This document shows, one piece after another, positions 60,301 to 64,000 of a DNA stretch of 64,000 nucleotides (its first letter is position 1; the number at the start of each line of letters is the position of its first letter). Source of the stretch: Klebsormidium nitens (lineage: Eukaryota > Plantae > Klebsormidiophyceae); contig DF237393.1 of assembly GCA_000708835.1 (NCBI GenBank), forward strand, positions 1 through 64,000. The letters are read 5' to 3'. The position numbers and the translations under genes are program-made. Under the pieces are notes generated by a model, which was not told the origin of the DNA, ran no database searches, and saw nothing but the letters and a program-made list of their open reading frames with translations.

Positions 60301-63300
60301 TTTCGCTTGTGGCGCCTCAAGGACAGACCGTTCAGCATTAAGCAGTGCAGAGCACCGGCGAGCCCCAAGGAGGTTGCAAACCTGTGCGAGAAGAAAGAGC
60401 GTCCAGAGGAGGGTGGTAGGGGGCTCTGGGTCTGTTGACGACGAACTGCAGGCACATAGAGAGGCGGTTGGAGAGAGGAAATGAACGATGACGGCATGCA
60501 TGCGGCCGTTACTAGCTGTCGAAGATATCCACAATGCTTTGCAACTTGACGTTCAAAACCGTAGGTAGTTTTGTATTTGTCTCGATTGTACCAAAATGAC
60601 AGAACGGTGATCCACATGGCAAATCGAGTGGACTACAAACAACCAATCATCTTGAACAATCCAGCCATCCTCTGAATTATGTAATCAACCCCAGGGACAC
60701 CAACTGAGATAGACCCTTCGAAGTGAGCTTCACGAAAGTACGCTGCGTCCAGGAAGCCCACCTTGATTCGGCGGGAAAGCGCCCCTCTTCCCTCAGGCTC
60801 GTCTCGAACCGTTTGAACACGTCGTCCATGATGGCGGCCTTGCCAGGCTGGTTGTACAGCGGCTTCAGATCCGAATACAGCGACGGCACACCCTGGAGCA
60901 GAGGAAGCGAGCAAACGGTCGACCACTTGCTCCAAAATGCAGCTGACTGTGCCAAAACGTCAAAAGAATGTCAAACGAACTCAACAGGATCGACTTGGCA
61001 GATGCCGGACGTCACCCTTACAACTGAATCCACAACCAGACGCCTCCGCAAACCCCCTAAGGTAGCACGAAGCCCACGTATGCGACTTGTTCTTCACAGC
61101 GCACTGGCTGCCCGTACCCAACAACGCTGACAGCGACGGAGTGTCAGCAATTCAAACAAACGCTTTCAGAACTTGAGCGGCTCCGCTTCAGAACGCTGTG
61201 AGCGACTTTGCCTCGCTAACAGCATAACCGGCAAACAGTTGAGAACCTCGACATGTAAACCCAGCCGAAGAGGGCCGTTCTTGGTTCCGTTCTCTTGGTT
61301 TTAAGAAAGCAAAGCAGGGGTTACCTTCCGAAGGAAAGCTGGAAGATACTGGCTGATTGCTTTTCGGAAGTCCTCCCCTTCTATGAAGTCGAGCGGAATC
61401 CTCTGCACAGACGGGGGATGTGTGTTCGTTTCAGCGGGCAAAATTGCAACAGCCCTGATGGTTCCAGATCCATGTAAGGTCACGAGCTCCGCTGATCGAC
61501 AATAAAGCGAAGCTCAGGTTTAAATCAAACCCGAAGTAACACTTGCAAGCCAATGCATCACAAGCGCAAGCTGCAAACTTGCAGCGTTTAGGCAGATCTT
61601 CACACCAATAAAGAGTACGTCCAAAAGGGATTGCAAGGCTCTGTCTGACAAACATGGCCTCTTTGAACATCATGCGAATACGAAATCTCGGTTCCGAAAG
61701 CAGGTCCCGAGATCACTGCCACCCACGGAAACCAGGAGAGGCCGTACCTTGACCGCAGCCGATCGTGGGAACCTTTCTAGCAGCTCCTTGTACAGGGTCT
61801 TCAACTTCGCAACCTGGTTGTCGTCCCATGTCCCTGCGGACGACGCCTGAAGTCCGAGTGCGGCCTCCAAACCGCGGTAGTAGCTGCAGGCGCATAAGAT
61901 TCGCAGTCAGCAAGTCCGCACTTGCTTCACTCCAGCCGGCAATATTTTGGAAGGCGCTGGCTCGGATGGACTCAACGATGAAGACGGCTGCTAACCATGT
62001 CTTGACAACCATGACAATGATCTTACTAAACTGGTCTGACATCGAACTTTCTTTGCGCAGTGCAAAGCCTGGTGCGGCCAATCATCTCAGATTGGAGCAA
62101 TCCCAGAAAAATGCGCAAGCCGGGTATGGAACCTACTTGTAGTTGTCGGAATTGATGGCCAGTAGGTACCGGTACTCCTTCTCGGCTTCAGCGTTGCGGT
62201 TCAGCTTCAGCAGCAGCGCAGCGCGTTGCTCCCGGATGGACAGCTTGTCAACCTAGAGAAAGCAACCATCCAATCAGTCAAGGATGTTACGAGTAAAGGC
62301 GCCCAAGATTTCGCTGCCTCCTTGACACAGAGTGACACGAACAATCCGTTCATGACTAACTGAGGATAGACGATGGAAAATCTTGAAGCCAATTTTCGCT
62401 TGCTCGACAGCAGTGTAATTGTGCAACGGGATTGTTGCCGGGTCTGTGTTGCGGACTACGTATCAGCATGTAAGCTTCGAGGGCTACGGCCGGTGTTTCA
62501 AAGGCCGCAGTTCTTAGGACTCAGTTGCTTACGATTTGATCGCTGTTCTCCTTTAGCTGCCTCAGGGCCTGCTCGAACTGGCCCGCTTCCTCCATCAACA
62601 TAGCCTGCACAGCGAGGAAGAGTGGCATCACACCCATATTCGCTGAAGAGCTGAGCCAAAAAGTAAGCGACACCTTTTGTTCCTGCTGAATGATTCGAAA
62701 ACCAGGACCTGTAGAGATCTCCGACATCGTAAATGAGAACGGCGCCCTAGAGTGCCGCATGTCACCCTTCTGCTCCAAAACAGTGTCCGTTTGCCAATTT
62801 TGCCCGTGTCTTCAAGCAGCTGAATCGGCAACATCTTCGATAAAAGTCATCCGTATGACTTCGGTGCACTTTCAAAGCTGGGGTGCAGAAAAACAGTGGT
62901 TGCGAAGTCTTGCCTTGTACAGAAGCATCTCGCTGTGCTCGTAACGTTCGCTGTCAAGGTACTCCTCCACAGTCTTCTCGTAAGCCGTGATGATTTCAAC
63001 TGCCACATGCTGCCTGCACATGCCCAACCGCAAATGAGCCTCGATTGACAGCGCTAGCCAACCAGAACGACTTTGAACAAAGAATACAAGCCTCCCTCAC
63101 CTGCCACAACCGAACTGGGCTCACGAACAGTCAACCAGCTGGTTTCGAAAACACACCGGTTGTTCATCATCAGCTCGATCATCGAAAGAAACGGGTGCTC
63201 CCATCTACAGAGTTCCTCGGAGTTCGTGTTTGTGGTTGCGAGACTGCGGAGTGGAACATGGTCCCCTTTTCTTCACTTTCAAGCACGTATTGCAGGGCAA

Positions 63301-63964
63301 CAACCCAAGACTGCGCTGTCGCTCTTCTTAGACCCTCCTCAGCAATGGAAGTAACAACCGGACTCTGATGCCACTGTAGGCAACCAGACGTGCAACACAG
63401 CGGGCGCGATTCTCACCTGCCACTCAGGTGCTGGGCAATCGCGAATGCAAGCCAGTTGTTCTTGTTGTTGGGCTTGGTGGTCAGCAGCTCCCGTCGGGTC
63501 TCCACAAACCCAGCCGTGTCCCGCAATTGGACCTGGAGAACAATTGCGAATAACTCAGACACGGCACAACATCCTTGACAAACATTGGCGTGTTCTGCTT
63601 TTTGTCTGGTCGCACTATCATCCATTGCGATTGTCTTGGACAAGAACGTGCAGTTCTGCAATGGCTTTCTTTGTGAATTTCCTTTCAAGCTGGCCCATTT
63701 TTGATGGCAAGCATCCCAGCCCTGGGCAGCAGCAGAGTGAAAAGTCTGTACTATTTTGGAGTTCCACTATGTGACTCCCTCACGAGGGTCGGAGGGCGTT
63801 GAAAAGAACCTTGCCTGCAAGTTTGCAAGATCCCTCAGAATCTGGTTGTTGCCCGGGTCATGCTTGAGGGCGTTGCGGTAGCACTTGGCAGCCTCCCGGT
63901 AGTTGCGGTCCGCCCGGTACAGCAGACCGTAAACGTGCCAGCACACGTGGCTCTTCAGATCGTT
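54376..63964 (-). CDS. NAA15: N-alpha-acetyltransferase 15 (NatA auxiliary subunit, TPR protein); 5' part lies beyond the window
   Basis: Spliced minus-strand exons give [33 protein letters not shown]..., [132 protein letters not shown] and [18 protein letters not shown]. Stop TAG at 54376-54378. Confidence 0.96.
57440..57515. repeat. Intronic tandem duplication, 42-nt period
   Basis: ATGCAGAATCACTGCCT(A/G)AGGATAGGC(A/G)AAGCGC at 57440-57473 and 57482-57515, 32/34 identical, inside an NAA15 intron. Confidence 0.85.
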
Positions 63965-64000
63965 CTGCAACCATGCCAGCAATCAGGGCGGTGTCAATTT

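Overview
Intron-rich eukaryotic nuclear DNA with GC-rich exons and GT-AG introns plus some GC-AG introns. A streptophyte green alga such as Klebsormidium is inferred from the plant-type DA2/GW2 gene, a probable cilium-associated gene and the exon/intron style; this is not proven. Layout from left to right: (1) 1-3280, a decayed, apparently intronless ORF of unknown, possibly transposon, origin; (2) 3.6-5.6 kb, non-coding DNA rich in inverted repeats, including a Y-shaped palindrome; (3) 7245-14249 (-), a DA2/GW2-like RING E3 ligase with a long UIM-like C-terminal extension and a 754-nt assembly gap in one intron; (4) 15296-30314 (+), three tandem 7-exon paralogs, each with a transit-peptide-like leader, an unrecognised ~150-aa domain, a P4H/fungal-type 2OG-Fe(II) dioxygenase and an 'H-x-Y...LKGxD' C-terminal domain (copy 2 has a +1 frameshift); (5) 30686-~45920 (-), a very large coiled-coil gene resembling CCDC162/DUF4549; (6) ~48411-52907 (-), a fourth, divergent dioxygenase paralog whose distal iron-ligand His is replaced by Tyr; (7) 54376 to beyond 64000 (-), NAA15, the NatA auxiliary subunit, 5'-truncated by the window edge. 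I recognised no rRNA, tRNA or CRISPR array. Exon boundaries were read by hand. Family assignments rest on remembered motifs, not on database searches.
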